From the NCBI GenBank assembly GCA_037442685.1, contig JBBIPU010000001.1, positions 25,626 through 89,625 on the forward strand: a stretch of 64,000 bases of DNA, read 5' to 3'. Positions 1 to 10,446 of this stretch are shown piece after piece. The notes beneath the pieces were generated by a model. That model made no database searches, had not been told where the DNA came from, and worked only from the letters and a program-made list of their open reading frames with translations. How positions within the stretch are numbered: position 1 is the first letter of the stretch; the number at the start of each line of letters is the position of its first letter. This stretch comes from Draconibacterium sp. (GTDB taxonomy: Bacteria > Bacteroidota > Bacteroidia > Bacteroidales > Prolixibacteraceae). Made by a program: the position numbers and the translations under genes.

Positions 1-949
1 GTGCTGCCAGTGGTTTCGAAGAATCGGGACTGCGTTTTTCCTCTTTTTCTGTCCATGGATTCACTCCAACAACATCGCCTTTATCGAGCGGACTTGGCAG
101 GAATGCGCAAACTGCATCGAGCAAACGCTGAACACCTTTGTTTTTAAAAGCCGAACCACACATCATCGGGATAATAATCCTGGCGATGGTAGCTTTTCGG
201 ATAACAGCGAGAACTTCTTCCCGGGTGATTGAATCCGGATCCTCGAAATAACGTTCGAGCAATTCGTCGTCAACTTCGGCAACAGATTCTATCAGTTTTT
301 CACGCCATTCTTCAGCTTGAGAAACCAGATCAGCCGGTATTTCTTCGAGATAGAATTTTGTGCCTTTTTCACTGTCTTCATACCAACGTACTGCTTTCAT
401 TTCGATAAGGTCGATAACGCCTTCGAATTTTTCTTCAGCACCGATCGGTATCTGGATCGGAACCGGATTTGCACCCAGTTTTTCCTTGATTTCCTTATAA
501 ACTTTGAAGAAATCGGCACCCGAACGGTCCATTTTGTTTACAAAAGCAATTCGCGGAACACCGTATTTTTCGGCCTGACGCCATACAGTTTCTGATTGTG
601 CCTCAACACCACCTACCGCGCAAAATAACGCAACACTGCCATCCAAAATGCGAAGTGAACGTTCTACTTCCACTGTGAAGTCAACGTGCCCGGGAGTATC
701 GATGATATTTATTTTGTGCTCAATGTCTTTATATTTCCAGAATGTAGTGGTGGCAGCAGCAGTAATGGTAATTCCCCTTTCCTGTTCCTGCTCCATCCAG
801 TCCATTGTTGCGGCGCCATCATGCACTTCACCGATGCGGTGCGTTAATCCGGTATAAAACAGGATACGCTCCGACACAGTGGTTTTTCCGGCATCGATGT
901 GTGCCATAATACCAATGTTCCTGGTATAATTCAAATCTTGTTTAGCCAT
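1..949 (-). CDS. fusA: Elongation factor G, N-terminal ~316 aa (partial, continues past the left edge)
   Basis: Absent from the ORF track because it has no stop in the window. The reverse complement from 949 reads [34 protein letters not shown]...[19 protein letters not shown]...FVNKMDR, with canonical G1/G3/G4 motifs. It lies directly downstream of rpsL-rpsG, matching str operon order. Confidence 0.95.
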   Translation of the reverse strand, partial: MAKQDLNYTRNIGIMAHIDAGKTTVSERILFYTGLTHRIGEVHDGAATMDWMEQEQERGITITAAATTTFWKYKDIEHKINIIDTPGHVDFTVEVERSLRILDGSVALFCAVGGVEAQSETVWRQAEKYGVPRIAFVNKMDRSGADFFKVYKEIKEKLGANPVPIQIPIGAEEKFEGVIDLIEMKAVRWYEDSEKGTKFYLEEIPADLVSQAEEWREKLIESVAEVDDELLERYFEDPDSITREEVLAVIRKATIARIIIPMMCGSAFKNKGVQRLLDAVCAFLPSPLDKGDVVGVNPWTEKEEKRSPDSSKPLAA

Positions 950-995
950 TTTAAAATATTCTAATCCAAATTTCTAATCCAAAAACTTTGCTAAA

Positions 996-1472
996 CTAAA
1001 ATCTGAAATGTGCAAACGCGCGGTTTGCATCCGCCATTCTGTGGGTATCTTCTTTCTTTTTGAATGCGCCACCTTCTTCGTTGAAAGCAGCAACTATTTC
1101 GGCTGATAATTTATCGGCCATAGATTTGCCCGAACGTTTACGGGCGAACAGAATCATGTTTTTAATACTGATTGATTCCTTTCTTTCGGGTCTGATTTCC
1201 ATTGGAACCTGGAAAGTTGCACCACCTACCCTGCGGCTTTTTACTTCAACATTCGGAGTAATATTTTCCAGCGCTTTTTTCCAGACTTCGAGCGGAGCTA
1301 ACTCAGTATCTTTAACTCTTTTTGAAACCATGTCCAATGAATCGTAAAACACCGTGTATGCAACCGATTTTTTACCATCCACCATTAAATCGTTGACAAA
1401 CCGGGTCACCAAAATATCGTTGAATTTTGGATCCGGAAGTAAATGTCTTTTCTTTGGTTTTGATTTTCTCAT
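996..1472 (-). CDS. rpsG: 30S ribosomal protein S7
   Basis: 158 aa; [19 protein letters not shown]...[14 protein letters not shown]...[10 protein letters not shown] is typical S7, and the gene sits between rpsL and fusA. Confidence 0.97.
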   Translation of the reverse strand: MRKSKPKKRHLLPDPKFNDILVTRFVNDLMVDGKKSVAYTVFYDSLDMVSKRVKDTELAPLEVWKKALENITPNVEVKSRRVGGATFQVPMEIRPERKESISIKNMILFARKRSGKSMADKLSAEIVAAFNEEGGAFKKKEDTHRMADANRAFAHFRF

Positions 1473-1599
1473 TTTTTTCTTTTTTAGTGTTATTTAAATT
1501 GGCTGCCCTTCGGCGGTCTTCAGTCTATCTCCGGAAGACATTGAGAGATATTCTTACTCAACCAAACCACTGAAATAACCTGTTAATTACTTATGATTT

Positions 1600-1983
1600 T
1601 TACTTTTTTACTTCTTTTGGCCTTTTGGCACCATATTTCGAACGGCGCTGTAAACGTCCTGCAACACCTGCAGTGTCGAGAGCACCACGAATCAAGTGGT
1701 AACGAACACCCGGAAGGTCTTTTACCCTGCCACCACGAACAAGCACGATTGAGTGTTCCTGCAGGTTGTGGCCTTCGCCCGGAATGTAAGCATTTACTTC
1801 CTTCCCATTTGTTAACCTTACCCTGGCTACTTTACGCATTGCAGAATTTGGCTTTTTAGGCGTGGTTGTATAAACACGAACGCATACACCGCGACGTTGC
1901 GGGCATGAATCCAAAGCCGGAGATTTACTCTTATCGACTTTACTTTGTCTTCCTTTCCTAACTAATTGTTGAATAGTTGGCAT
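1600..1983 (-). CDS. rpsL: 30S ribosomal protein S12
   Basis: 127 aa; [12 protein letters not shown]...[19 protein letters not shown]...[15 protein letters not shown] is a canonical S12 sequence. Confidence 0.97.
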   Translation of the reverse strand: MPTIQQLVRKGRQSKVDKSKSPALDSCPQRRGVCVRVYTTTPKKPNSAMRKVARVRLTNGKEVNAYIPGEGHNLQEHSIVLVRGGRVKDLPGVRYHLIRGALDTAGVAGRLQRRSKYGAKRPKEVKK

Positions 1984-2030
1984 AAATACCTGTTTTTTAT
2001 ATAGTTAATAATCTTTTCAAAATCGGACTG

Positions 2031-2038
2031 CAAAAGTA
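2031..2038 (-). promoter_or_regulatory. Candidate Bacteroidota sigma-A -7 box (TACTTTTG = TAnnTTTG) upstream of rpsL
   Basis: The reverse complement of caaaagta is TACTTTTG, 48 nt upstream of the rpsL ATG. A second identical box lies at 2105-2112. Confidence 0.45.
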
Positions 2039-2260
2039 TGCAAAAATCATTAAAAACCACTATTTAAGAGAGAAAAAAGCATACTACCCCCTTAAAACGG
2101 CTTGCAAAAGTACAATTTCTATTTAATGTACAATAGTATTTTTTGTTTTTTTTCAAAAAATTAAAATTGAAAAGTGTTGATGGAGACTGATTTGTCTGAT
2201 TTCAGTTAAAATGCAATTTTTTAGAATTGGTTATGAATAAACCTGAGATTAATGTTTAAA

Positions 2261-3637
2261 TCACTGCATTTTTTCCCTGAAAACCGAAACCAGCGGATCG
2301 ACAAGCCGTTCGATTAATCGCCTGTCTTTTGTTACTATTTCTGCATTTCCCTGCATCTCCTGGTTAAACGGAAGTACCTGCTTGTAATTGGTAACAAGAT
2401 TATTGTTCAAACTGATTTCTGCTGTGTAATATCCACCTTTGTCGGATACAACCGGAACCATTGAAATGTTTGTAATTTTTCCTTCGAGCAGACCAAATTC
2501 CATGTACGGATAATTATCGAGTTTGATATTTACCCGCTGACCAACTTCAACTTTGCCAGCGCCTGCAAGCGGCACAGTGGCTTTCCCGATAATTTCCTGC
2601 TGATTTCCGGGAACCACAGTAAAAACCACGTTTCCTGCTGAAATATATTGATTTACACTCCAGAAATTGGTAAAAGTAACCTTTCCTGCGATCGGGGTTA
2701 TTAAAACAAAGGCCTGTTCCCATGCTTTAAGCTGATTGACCAGGTTATCGTATTTTTCTTTTAAAGCGGCAAGCAATTTATTCTCAGTTTCGGCTTCGAG
2801 CACCTTTTGTTCCTGAATCTGCTGTTTCAATTGGTTCATTGTTATTTGCGTGCTGGCAAGGTTAGTCATGGCATTCTGGTAAGCATATTTTTGTTTTAAC
2901 ATGGAAGCCTTCGATTTTTCAAAATCAACATCCGACATTACGTTTCTGACATGCAAAGCCGAATCGCGGAAAAACTGGTTCGATGCCAGAATGTAATCGT
3001 CGTTGAGAACACTGATCTGCTGTCGGAGTTTATCGTAATAATTTGAATAATCGGTCACCTGTTTTTCAAGCGATTTTATCCTTTGTTCGTAAGTATTAAA
3101 GTTTACTGAAGTCTGATACTCACGAAGCTGACTTACAAACGATGAGTAAAATGTGTGGTTTAATCCCAGACTGAATTCTTTTTTAAAAGAAAATGCATTG
3201 AATTTGACCGGTTCTGAAAAGTAATCCTGCATCGAATCAAGTATTTCAATCAGTTCAAAAGCATCCTTGTAATCGGCAGGATTTTCAATGATTCCCAGAA
3301 CAGTGCCGGCCTCCACATTTTGTTTGTCTGTTACAAAAAGCTGGTCGAGTTTTCCATCAGACCGGGCAACAACCGAAATTGGCGGATTTGCCGAAACAAT
3401 GGTCACTCGTGCGTTAATCAGGTCGGGGTACTTGTAAAAATAACTTCCGCCAAGCAAAACCATCACAACGAGGAAAATAATAACAATACCCCGGCGGACA
3501 ATCCATTTTGGAGGTGTACCCATAATCTCCTGCACTTCGTCGGAACGTAATTCAATCTGGCCTCCTTTCCCTTCGGGCCTTTCCCCCACGGGTGAAACTT
3601 TGGAATCTTCAATATTTTTACTTTCAATACTCATCAA
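2261..3637 (-). CDS. HlyD-family membrane fusion/secretion protein, partner of the upstream ABC exporter
   Basis: 458 aa with a single N-terminal TM helix (IVIIFLVVMVLLGG), a long coiled-coil middle and a beta-barrel C-terminus. It starts 51 nt downstream of the ABC gene on the same strand. Confidence 0.8.
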   Translation of the reverse strand: MMSIESKNIEDSKVSPVGERPEGKGGQIELRSDEVQEIMGTPPKWIVRRGIVIIFLVVMVLLGGSYFYKYPDLINARVTIVSANPPISVVARSDGKLDQLFVTDKQNVEAGTVLGIIENPADYKDAFELIEILDSMQDYFSEPVKFNAFSFKKEFSLGLNHTFYSSFVSQLREYQTSVNFNTYEQRIKSLEKQVTDYSNYYDKLRQQISVLNDDYILASNQFFRDSALHVRNVMSDVDFEKSKASMLKQKYAYQNAMTNLASTQITMNQLKQQIQEQKVLEAETENKLLAALKEKYDNLVNQLKAWEQAFVLITPIAGKVTFTNFWSVNQYISAGNVVFTVVPGNQQEIIGKATVPLAGAGKVEVGQRVNIKLDNYPYMEFGLLEGKITNISMVPVVSDKGGYYTAEISLNNNLVTNYKQVLPFNQEMQGNAEIVTKDRRLIERLVDPLVSVFREKMQ

Positions 3638-3688
3638 TATTTTTTGCTCTGTTCTCCTTCCCCTCCGGGAAGACCGGGAAGTGGCTTT

Positions 3689-5926
3689 TTAATTTCCAAG
3701 TTCAAGCTGGTTTTTCACCAGATTATAATAAAATCCTTTTTTTGCTGCCAGTTCAGAATGTGATCCCACTTCAACAATTTCACCTTTTTCCAGAACTACA
3801 ATCTGATCGGCATCCTTAACCGTACTCAGCCGGTGTGCCACTGTAACCACCGTTTTTCCCATAAAAAATTCGTTCAGGTTTTCAATAATCACCTTTTCGT
3901 TATTTGCATCCAATGCATTTGTTGCTTCGTCAAAAAACAGGAATTCAGGATTTTTATATACAGCGCGGGCAATCAGAATTCGTTGTTTCTGTCCCTGGCT
4001 TAAACCTGCTCCTTCCTGTCCTATTTTTGTATTGAACCTTAACGGCAGACTTTGAATGTAATCGAGAATATTTGCCATTTTAACAGCATTGTACAATTTC
4101 TCTTTATCGGGATGATCCTCGCCGATGGCAATGTTGTTGGCAATCGTATCGGAAAAAATGAAACCATCCTGCATCACCACACCACATTTACTGCGCCACA
4201 TTTCCATGCTGAACTGGTTAAGATTATTTCCACCAATCTCAATTTTTCCAAGATACGGAGGATAAAAGCCAAGCAGCATTTTTATCAGTGTTGTTTTGCC
4301 ACTACCGCTTGAACCGACAATTGCGGTTATTTTATTATGCAGAATTTTGAGATTAATATCGTTTAAAACCCTTGGCGATTTTGGCCCTTCGTAATGAAAC
4401 GAAAGATTTCCGACAACAATATCTTTATTTTCTGGCAGTTCATAAATCCTGAACATATTTGCATCCTCTTCATCATCGTTATTATGAATTTCACCCAAAC
4501 GTTCGAGGCTGATTTTCGCATCCTGCCCGGCATGCATAAAAACGATGAATTCGTTAACCGGACTGTTGATCTGACCAATTATATATTGCACAGCCATCAT
4601 CATACCAAGCGTCATGTCGCCTTCAATGACAGCTTTTGCTGCAATAAACGAAATCAGAATATTTTTTGCCTGGTTAATAAAAACCGAACCTGCCTGCTGG
4701 TTCTGGGTCAGCATCAATCCCTTTACATTTAGTTTAAAAAGCCGTGCCTGGATGCGCTCCCACTCCCAGCGTTTTTGTTTTTCGCAATTATTGAGTTTGA
4801 TTTCCTGCATCCCGGTGATCAACTGGTAAACATTGCTCTGGTTGGCTGCAGCCACGTTGAAACGTTTGTAATCCAGTTCCTTTCTCTTCTTCAGGAACAT
4901 CATGATCCACAAAACATAAAGCGTGCTTCCGAGGTAAAATATCAGCAAAATGGTCCAGTCGTAATAAGCCAGAACGAAACTGTAAATAATAAAGGTAAAG
5001 ATACCAAACGACATGCTGATTAAACTCCCGGTCAGAAAAGTCTGTACACGTTCGTTATCTTCAATCCGCTGGCGCAGATCGCCAATTTGTTTGGCATCGA
5101 AGAACCTGATTGGCAGTTTCATCAGTTTTATCAGAAAATCTGAGATTAAAGAAATGCTGATGCGAGTGCTGGTGTGAAGCATTATCCAGCTCCGGATAAA
5201 ACCAACTGCAGTCTGACTGGCAGTTAATACCAATTGAGCGACCAGAACCAGAACAATAAAACTTAAATTATTTGTAGTGATTCCGACATCGACAATTGCC
5301 TGAGTCAGAAACGGAAACAAGAGACTGAGAATACTGCCTGTGAAAAAGCCTAAAAAAAGCTGGTTTATCAGTTTCCGGTAAGGTTTTAAATAGGTAAAAA
5401 GAAAGCTGAATCCGGTTTTGTTCACCTTTTCCCCTTCTTCTTTATAAAATTCGGCAGTGGGTTCGAGAAGTAAAATAATTCCTGCCGGAATGTCATTCTG
5501 CTTCGTAGTTGCCCAGCATTTTAAAAACTCTTCTTTATTGTATGTTACCAATCCGTGCGCCGGATCGGAAATGTAAAATTCAAGGGCCTCCTCCCGCCCT
5601 CCCCCGAAGATTGAGGAGAAAGAAAAAGACTTTTTCTTTTTTATTTTGTACAGGACAACAAAATGGTACTGGTTCCAGTGAAGAATGACAGGAAGTGGAA
5701 CTTCCAGCAGTTTATCCCAACTCAACCGTGCACCCTGTGTGCGGAATCCGATTTTTTCCGCAGCATCGCTGATGGTAAGCAGCGAAACACCTTCGCGGGT
5801 TTTCCAGGTAAGGTCGCGCAATGTTTCCAGGTTATAATGCCTCCCGAAATGTTTTGCCACAATGCGCAGACAGGTTGGTCCGCAGTCCATTGCATCGGGT
5901 TGCATATAATGTGGAAATTTTGGCAT
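3689..5926 (-). CDS. Peptidase C39 domain-containing ABC transporter (bacteriocin/peptide-type exporter, fused permease and ATPase)
   Basis: 745 aa. The N-terminal C39 motifs are intact: QPDAMDCGPTCL (Cys15), HWNQYHFVVLY (His) and ISDPAHG (Asp). A 6-TM region follows, then Walker A GSSGSGKTTL, signature LSQGQKQR and Walker B LFFDEATNALD. Confidence 0.9.
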   Translation of the reverse strand: MPKFPHYMQPDAMDCGPTCLRIVAKHFGRHYNLETLRDLTWKTREGVSLLTISDAAEKIGFRTQGARLSWDKLLEVPLPVILHWNQYHFVVLYKIKKKKSFSFSSIFGGGREEALEFYISDPAHGLVTYNKEEFLKCWATTKQNDIPAGIILLLEPTAEFYKEEGEKVNKTGFSFLFTYLKPYRKLINQLFLGFFTGSILSLLFPFLTQAIVDVGITTNNLSFIVLVLVAQLVLTASQTAVGFIRSWIMLHTSTRISISLISDFLIKLMKLPIRFFDAKQIGDLRQRIEDNERVQTFLTGSLISMSFGIFTFIIYSFVLAYYDWTILLIFYLGSTLYVLWIMMFLKKRKELDYKRFNVAAANQSNVYQLITGMQEIKLNNCEKQKRWEWERIQARLFKLNVKGLMLTQNQQAGSVFINQAKNILISFIAAKAVIEGDMTLGMMMAVQYIIGQINSPVNEFIVFMHAGQDAKISLERLGEIHNNDDEEDANMFRIYELPENKDIVVGNLSFHYEGPKSPRVLNDINLKILHNKITAIVGSSGSGKTTLIKMLLGFYPPYLGKIEIGGNNLNQFSMEMWRSKCGVVMQDGFIFSDTIANNIAIGEDHPDKEKLYNAVKMANILDYIQSLPLRFNTKIGQEGAGLSQGQKQRILIARAVYKNPEFLFFDEATNALDANNEKVIIENLNEFFMGKTVVTVAHRLSTVKDADQIVVLEKGEIVEVGSHSELAAKKGFYYNLVKNQLELGN

Positions 5927-6084
5927 AATTCTGTTTTGTTGGCGAAAGATAATAAAATGCTTTTTAACCCGCCTGTTTTAAGCAGTCTCGTTTTTAACAC
6001 ACAACTTTTCAGCAGTTTACATTTTACTGAAATATGTTAATAACTGACAACGCTGACCAATAAAAATCAAATTGATTCCCTGAC

Positions 6085-6864
6085 TTAACCGATCCTGAGT
6101 ACCGGAGACAGTTCTTCGGGCAATTTATCCGCAGGGTAGCAAACTTTTTCCAGGAACAAACCCGATGGCGGCGCGGTAAATTTTGCCACCAGCTCTGAAG
6201 GTTGGGTAAAAAACGACTGAATTTCGGCAACCGAAAGTTTACCCCTGCCAGCTTCAACCATCACGCCAACCATGCGGCGAACCTGTTTCCACAAAAAATG
6301 GCTGCCTGAAACACGGATCAGAATCAAATCGCCCGTTTCGACAATTTCAATTTTACTGATTTCAACCAGTGTTGATTTATCTTCATCCGATTTTTCGGCA
6401 AAGTTTTTAAAATCCTTCATTCCGGTAAAAAGTGCAGCTACCTGTCTCATTTTATAAATGTCGAGCGGGTCTTTCACCCACCAAACCATTTTTTTACCAA
6501 AAGCTGTGGGTCGTTTCGAAATCTGGTACAAATAACTTCGGTGCACAGCATCGTACCGGGCATGAAATTTCGCAGAAACCTGCTCAACATCTTTAATTAC
6601 AATATCGGATGGCAGACGGTCATTCAACTGGTACTTCAGCAGTAATGGTTTCAAATTCCGGTTAACATCGAGATGTGCAACCTGGGCAAGAGCATGAACA
6701 CCCTGATCGGTACGCCCAGCCCCGTAAAGTTCGATTTTTTCACCATGAAAGATTTCCTTGCAGGCAGCGAGAATTGTTCCCTGCACCGACTTTGCCCCTT
6801 TCTGTAATTGCCATCCCGAATATCGGGTGCCATCATATTCAATTGTTAATTTAAAGCGTGCCAT
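6085..6864 (-). CDS. truA: tRNA pseudouridine(38-40) synthase TruA
   Basis: 259 aa; MARFKLTIEYDGTRYSGWQLQ...GAGRTDQGVHALAQVAHLD carries the TruA catalytic Asp motif. Confidence 0.92.
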   Translation of the reverse strand: MARFKLTIEYDGTRYSGWQLQKGAKSVQGTILAACKEIFHGEKIELYGAGRTDQGVHALAQVAHLDVNRNLKPLLLKYQLNDRLPSDIVIKDVEQVSAKFHARYDAVHRSYLYQISKRPTAFGKKMVWWVKDPLDIYKMRQVAALFTGMKDFKNFAEKSDEDKSTLVEISKIEIVETGDLILIRVSGSHFLWKQVRRMVGVMVEAGRGKLSVAEIQSFFTQPSELVAKFTAPPSGLFLEKVCYPADKLPEELSPVLRIG

Positions 6865-6885
6865 TTCCTGAAATCAACTAAAACA

Positions 6886-7179
6886 TCATTTGAATAAAAT
6901 TACCGCTAAAACAACAATTGCAGGTAAAAATCCAATCAATGAAATCGCCTTTGCACGTGATTCATACTTTTCCTTATCGTTTAGCCAGTAAAACAATCCG
7001 ATTGGAAGGACTGCAATAAACAAAACTGTCCCGATGAAATTAAACACTTCGTCTTTGTTGGTCAGAAACCGGAATGAATGTTTTCCTTCATCAGAATACC
7101 ATATTGCCAAAGAAATTACAAATGATAAAAAAATGAGGACAACCGGGAAAATACGACAGCAATATTTGTTTTTTTCCAT
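6886..7179 (-). CDS. Small hypothetical membrane protein (about 3 TM helices)
   Basis: 97 aa and very hydrophobic (VVLIFLSFVISLAIW, FIGTVLFIAVLPIGLFYW, LIGFLPAIVVLAVILF). It sits on the same strand, tightly after the DUF4249 gene. Confidence 0.55.
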   Translation of the reverse strand: MEKNKYCCRIFPVVLIFLSFVISLAIWYSDEGKHSFRFLTNKDEVFNFIGTVLFIAVLPIGLFYWLNDKEKYESRAKAISLIGFLPAIVVLAVILFK

Positions 7180-7221
7180 CTGATCGTTTTGTTACAAATT
7201 ACCGTAAAGATATGTATTCAT

Positions 7222-8025
7222 TTAATTCTCGCGGATTATTACCGATTTTGTATCGGAACTCCATGCCGAAAAATAGCCAAGCGCGCCGTTTGAAATGTTT
7301 GAAACCGGATTTGCCGGGGCAGCCGATCCCGGATTGTTATTAACCAGATCGATAAACGTCTTAAAATAATCGTAGGCGCTTTTATCTATCGAGATCAACT
7401 GAACTTCAACTGTATCGTTTACTTCGTACCAATCGTTCAATAACGAAATTTCCACACTGTTGCCATCCACATAATTGTCGTCAAAAACGATGAAATCGTC
7501 GATACCGCTGGCAAGCAAGCCGTTTTTATAAATCTTGATCCGGTAATAATTTTCTATCTGGGGCGGATCGGAAAAATAAACATTCAGGTAATAACCTTTT
7601 TCAAAAAATGAGTACCTGTCTTCGTAATAATATTGTAATGAATCGATTGGCACTGTCTCGGTCAGTTTCGAATTTGCCTCGTAAATTTCACCCTCCGCCT
7701 CGATATATAAATGATAAGTTGCGCCGGTTTTCAATCTTAAATTATCCGATTTGTACTCACCTTCTCCCACATCGTACAACAAATATTTTTCACCCAAATT
7801 ACTTAAAATGGTAACCAGAGCACCCGATACCTTTTCTGATGGCAGAGTATCGAAAAAGCTTGATGTTTTTGAGATTTTAACCAATGCAAAATCGGGATTG
7901 GTTTTAATATTTCCTTCTATTACAATTTCAGGTGCAGCCTCGTTTAAATCGACATCAATCACTTTTTCGCACCCAGCAATAAAGAGAGGTAAAATCCAGA
8001 TGAAATATTTATAAAATCGTTCCAT
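7222..8025 (-). CDS. DUF4249-like lipoprotein
   Basis: 267 aa with a lipobox (LFIAGC) followed by EKVIDVDLNEAAPEIVIEGNI, the usual N-terminus of DUF4249 proteins that follow TonB receptors in Bacteroidota. It starts 14 nt after the receptor gene. Confidence 0.7.
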   Translation of the reverse strand: MERFYKYFIWILPLFIAGCEKVIDVDLNEAAPEIVIEGNIKTNPDFALVKISKTSSFFDTLPSEKVSGALVTILSNLGEKYLLYDVGEGEYKSDNLRLKTGATYHLYIEAEGEIYEANSKLTETVPIDSLQYYYEDRYSFFEKGYYLNVYFSDPPQIENYYRIKIYKNGLLASGIDDFIVFDDNYVDGNSVEISLLNDWYEVNDTVEVQLISIDKSAYDYFKTFIDLVNNNPGSAAPANPVSNISNGALGYFSAWSSDTKSVIIREN

Positions 8026-8039
8026 TTTTCATTTAAGCA

Positions 8040-10361
8040 TCAAAATTTAAACCTGTAACTCACAGATGGAATTGCCTTAAAAATAGCAAATTGCACAGCT
8101 TCAGTAACATTCGGATTGTCTTCATTTTGTCTGAATTGAATAAAATAAGCATTTTCGCGGGCATAAGCATTATATACCGAGAAATTCCATTCCGATTCAA
8201 ACTTTTTTGTTTTTTTATTTTGCCAGGTCAAACCAATATCAAGCCGGTGGTAAGGAGGCATCCTGTATCCGTTTCTTTCAGTGTAATAACCGGTTATCAG
8301 CCCATCGATCTCATATTTTCCGCTTGGAAAAGTTGCCGCATTGCCGGTGTAATAAATCCAGTTGGCCGACAAAGTGAGTTTTGGTGTAATTTCGTAAATA
8401 CCCACAAGAGCCAGATCGTGAATCCGGTCCTGTCGCGCAGGAAAAGGATTTCCATCGTTAATCTCAGCAAACTGCCGCAATGTTCTCGACCAGGTGTAGC
8501 TTACCCATCCATTCAACCTGCCAAAATTACGTTTAAACATAAACTCAATACCATACGCCCAGCCTTTTCCAAAAACAAGTTCCGATTCAACAGTAGAATT
8601 AAATACCAGTTCTGCACCATTTTTATAATCTATCTGGTTTTTTAAATCCTTGTAATAAACCTCGACCGACGATTCATATTCATTATCCCTGAAATTCCTG
8701 AAATATCCTGCTGAAAACTGGTCAGCAATCTGAGGTTTGACATTATTGCTGCTTGGCAGCCACAAATCGGTGGGCGTGGTTGTGGTTGAATTCGAAAGCA
8801 GGTGTAAAAACTGGTAAATACGGTTGTACGATGTTTTCAGCGAGCTTTTTGTTGTTAGAAGATAACTTAGTCCCAGTCGTGGTTCAAGTCCGCCCTGTGT
8901 TTTGAAAAACTTAAAATCATTCAGTTTGATTGTATTGACCAGGTTGCCTTGCTTGTCGAATTCATAAAAGTCTCCCGGACCAACATTGCTGAAAAGTGCC
9001 AGTCGCAGACCGTAACTCAGTTTCAGCCGTTCCGAAATATTCTGGTTATTCGAAATATATGCAGCCCACTCAATGGCTTTTCTTGTTGTTATTGTTTCAG
9101 GATTGATTGCCGAATTTTCAGAAACCCTGATTTCACCCGGCATTATGTTGTGATAAATTGCATTGCCTCCAAACTTTACGGTGTTCCGGGCATTAGCATA
9201 CCAGGTAAAATCCTGTTTAAAATTCAAATCGCCGATCTGAGATCCGATGGTCACATTTACATCACCCAGTATGTTAATATCGTACGAGTAGTTACTCACG
9301 ATAAAAGACGTGTTTGAAAAGAGCTTTTCGCTGAAATTATGGTTCCAGCGGACAGTTCCTGTGGCATTTCCCCAATCGAAACCGAATTCGTTTGAATAAC
9401 CAAAATCATCGCGGCCAAAATAACCCGAAAGGTAAATCCGGTTGTTGTTATTGATTTTATAATTGGCTTTCAGGTTGACATCATAAAAATAAAGTTGTGT
9501 ATCGTGCAATTCTTCTTTTTTCGATAACTTTAGGAAAACATCGGCATAAGTCCGCCTGGCGCTCACAATAAACGATCCTCTATCTTTAACAAGCGGGCCT
9601 TCCACTGCCAGGTTCGAAGATATCAACCCGATACTTCCGGCGACACCAAAATCTTTCATGTTGCCTTCTTTCATTTTTATATCGAAAACAGACGAAGCCC
9701 GGCCACCATATTCAGCCGGAATAGAACCTTTCAAAAGGGTTGCATCGCGAATTGCCTCAGAATTAAAAATTGAAAAGAATCCTAACAAATGTGAAGCATT
9801 GTACACAGGAGCTTCGTCAAGCAGAATCAGGTTCTGGTCAATCCCGCCCCCCCGTACATAAAAACCTGAATTACCTTCACCTGCCGCTTTTACACCCGGC
9901 GTCATCTGCACTGTTTTCAGAATGTCCTGTTCTCCAAAAATTACAGGTATTTTTTCCACTTCCTTTGGCGACATTTTTACATTTCCCATGTCAACCGAGG
10001 TTACATTCCGGTCAGGTCGTTCTCCTGTAACCACAACATTACCAATCTCATAATTCTTCTCCTGAAGCTCAACATCGATTTTAATATTTCCCTTTAAATC
10101 GATCTTTTTTTCAATACTTTCATAACCAACGTACTGAAAACGGACAGTGTGAAAACCGGAAGGAAGCGTAATTGAATAAAATCCGTATGGATTGGAAGTT
10201 GTGCCGGTATTCGTATTTCCATCCACAATTACGGATGCACCTGGAAGCGCTTCACCAGATGAACCATCGGAAATGTGACCGCTCAAAACAAATTTTTGTT
10301 GCGCCAGCACTGTAAAATGCAGAAAAAACGCAAACGCAACAAAAAGTATTTTTTGAATCAT
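8040..10361 (-). CDS. TonB-dependent receptor with N-terminal CarboxypepD_reg-like domain
   Basis: 773 aa. It has a signal peptide, then FVLSGHISDGSSGEALPGASVIVDG (carboxypeptidase-regulatory-like), a plug (EQDILKTVQMTPGV...GFYVRGGGIDQNLILLDEAPVYN), a beta-barrel and a terminal aromatic (SYRFKF). Confidence 0.9.
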   Translation of the reverse strand: MIQKILFVAFAFFLHFTVLAQQKFVLSGHISDGSSGEALPGASVIVDGNTNTGTTSNPYGFYSITLPSGFHTVRFQYVGYESIEKKIDLKGNIKIDVELQEKNYEIGNVVVTGERPDRNVTSVDMGNVKMSPKEVEKIPVIFGEQDILKTVQMTPGVKAAGEGNSGFYVRGGGIDQNLILLDEAPVYNASHLLGFFSIFNSEAIRDATLLKGSIPAEYGGRASSVFDIKMKEGNMKDFGVAGSIGLISSNLAVEGPLVKDRGSFIVSARRTYADVFLKLSKKEELHDTQLYFYDVNLKANYKINNNNRIYLSGYFGRDDFGYSNEFGFDWGNATGTVRWNHNFSEKLFSNTSFIVSNYSYDINILGDVNVTIGSQIGDLNFKQDFTWYANARNTVKFGGNAIYHNIMPGEIRVSENSAINPETITTRKAIEWAAYISNNQNISERLKLSYGLRLALFSNVGPGDFYEFDKQGNLVNTIKLNDFKFFKTQGGLEPRLGLSYLLTTKSSLKTSYNRIYQFLHLLSNSTTTTPTDLWLPSSNNVKPQIADQFSAGYFRNFRDNEYESSVEVYYKDLKNQIDYKNGAELVFNSTVESELVFGKGWAYGIEFMFKRNFGRLNGWVSYTWSRTLRQFAEINDGNPFPARQDRIHDLALVGIYEITPKLTLSANWIYYTGNAATFPSGKYEIDGLITGYYTERNGYRMPPYHRLDIGLTWQNKKTKKFESEWNFSVYNAYARENAYFIQFRQNEDNPNVTEAVQFAIFKAIPSVSYRFKF

Positions 10362-10446
10362 GGATTTAATTTACGAGGGGGCAAAAATAGGAATATTATC
10401 GGGTGGATTTGCAGAAAATATTACATAAACATGAATTACGATTTTT

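Noticed and set aside
959-982. The 11-mer TTCTAATCCAA occurs twice in tandem between rpsG and fusA (959-969 and 972-982) and again just after the EF-G paralog stop (14829-14839).
   Set aside because: The coincidence next to both EF-G genes is striking. However, the motif lies upstream and antisense for fusA and downstream and sense for the paralog, so a shared regulatory role is hard to argue. It may be chance in AT-rich spacers. A genome-wide count would settle this.
8091-8645. Long antisense ORFs inside well-supported genes. Examples are 8091-8645 in the TonB receptor, 1060-1347 in rpsG, 13360-13803 in the EF-G paralog, 28524-29006 in tkt, 34309-34800 in the epimerase and 59603-60133 in GH5.
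   Set aside because: Each is fully nested opposite a CDS with clear family motifs. Their translations are low-complexity or skewed towards Cys, Phe and Arg, with no recognisable motifs. These are shadow ORFs typical of moderately AT-rich DNA.
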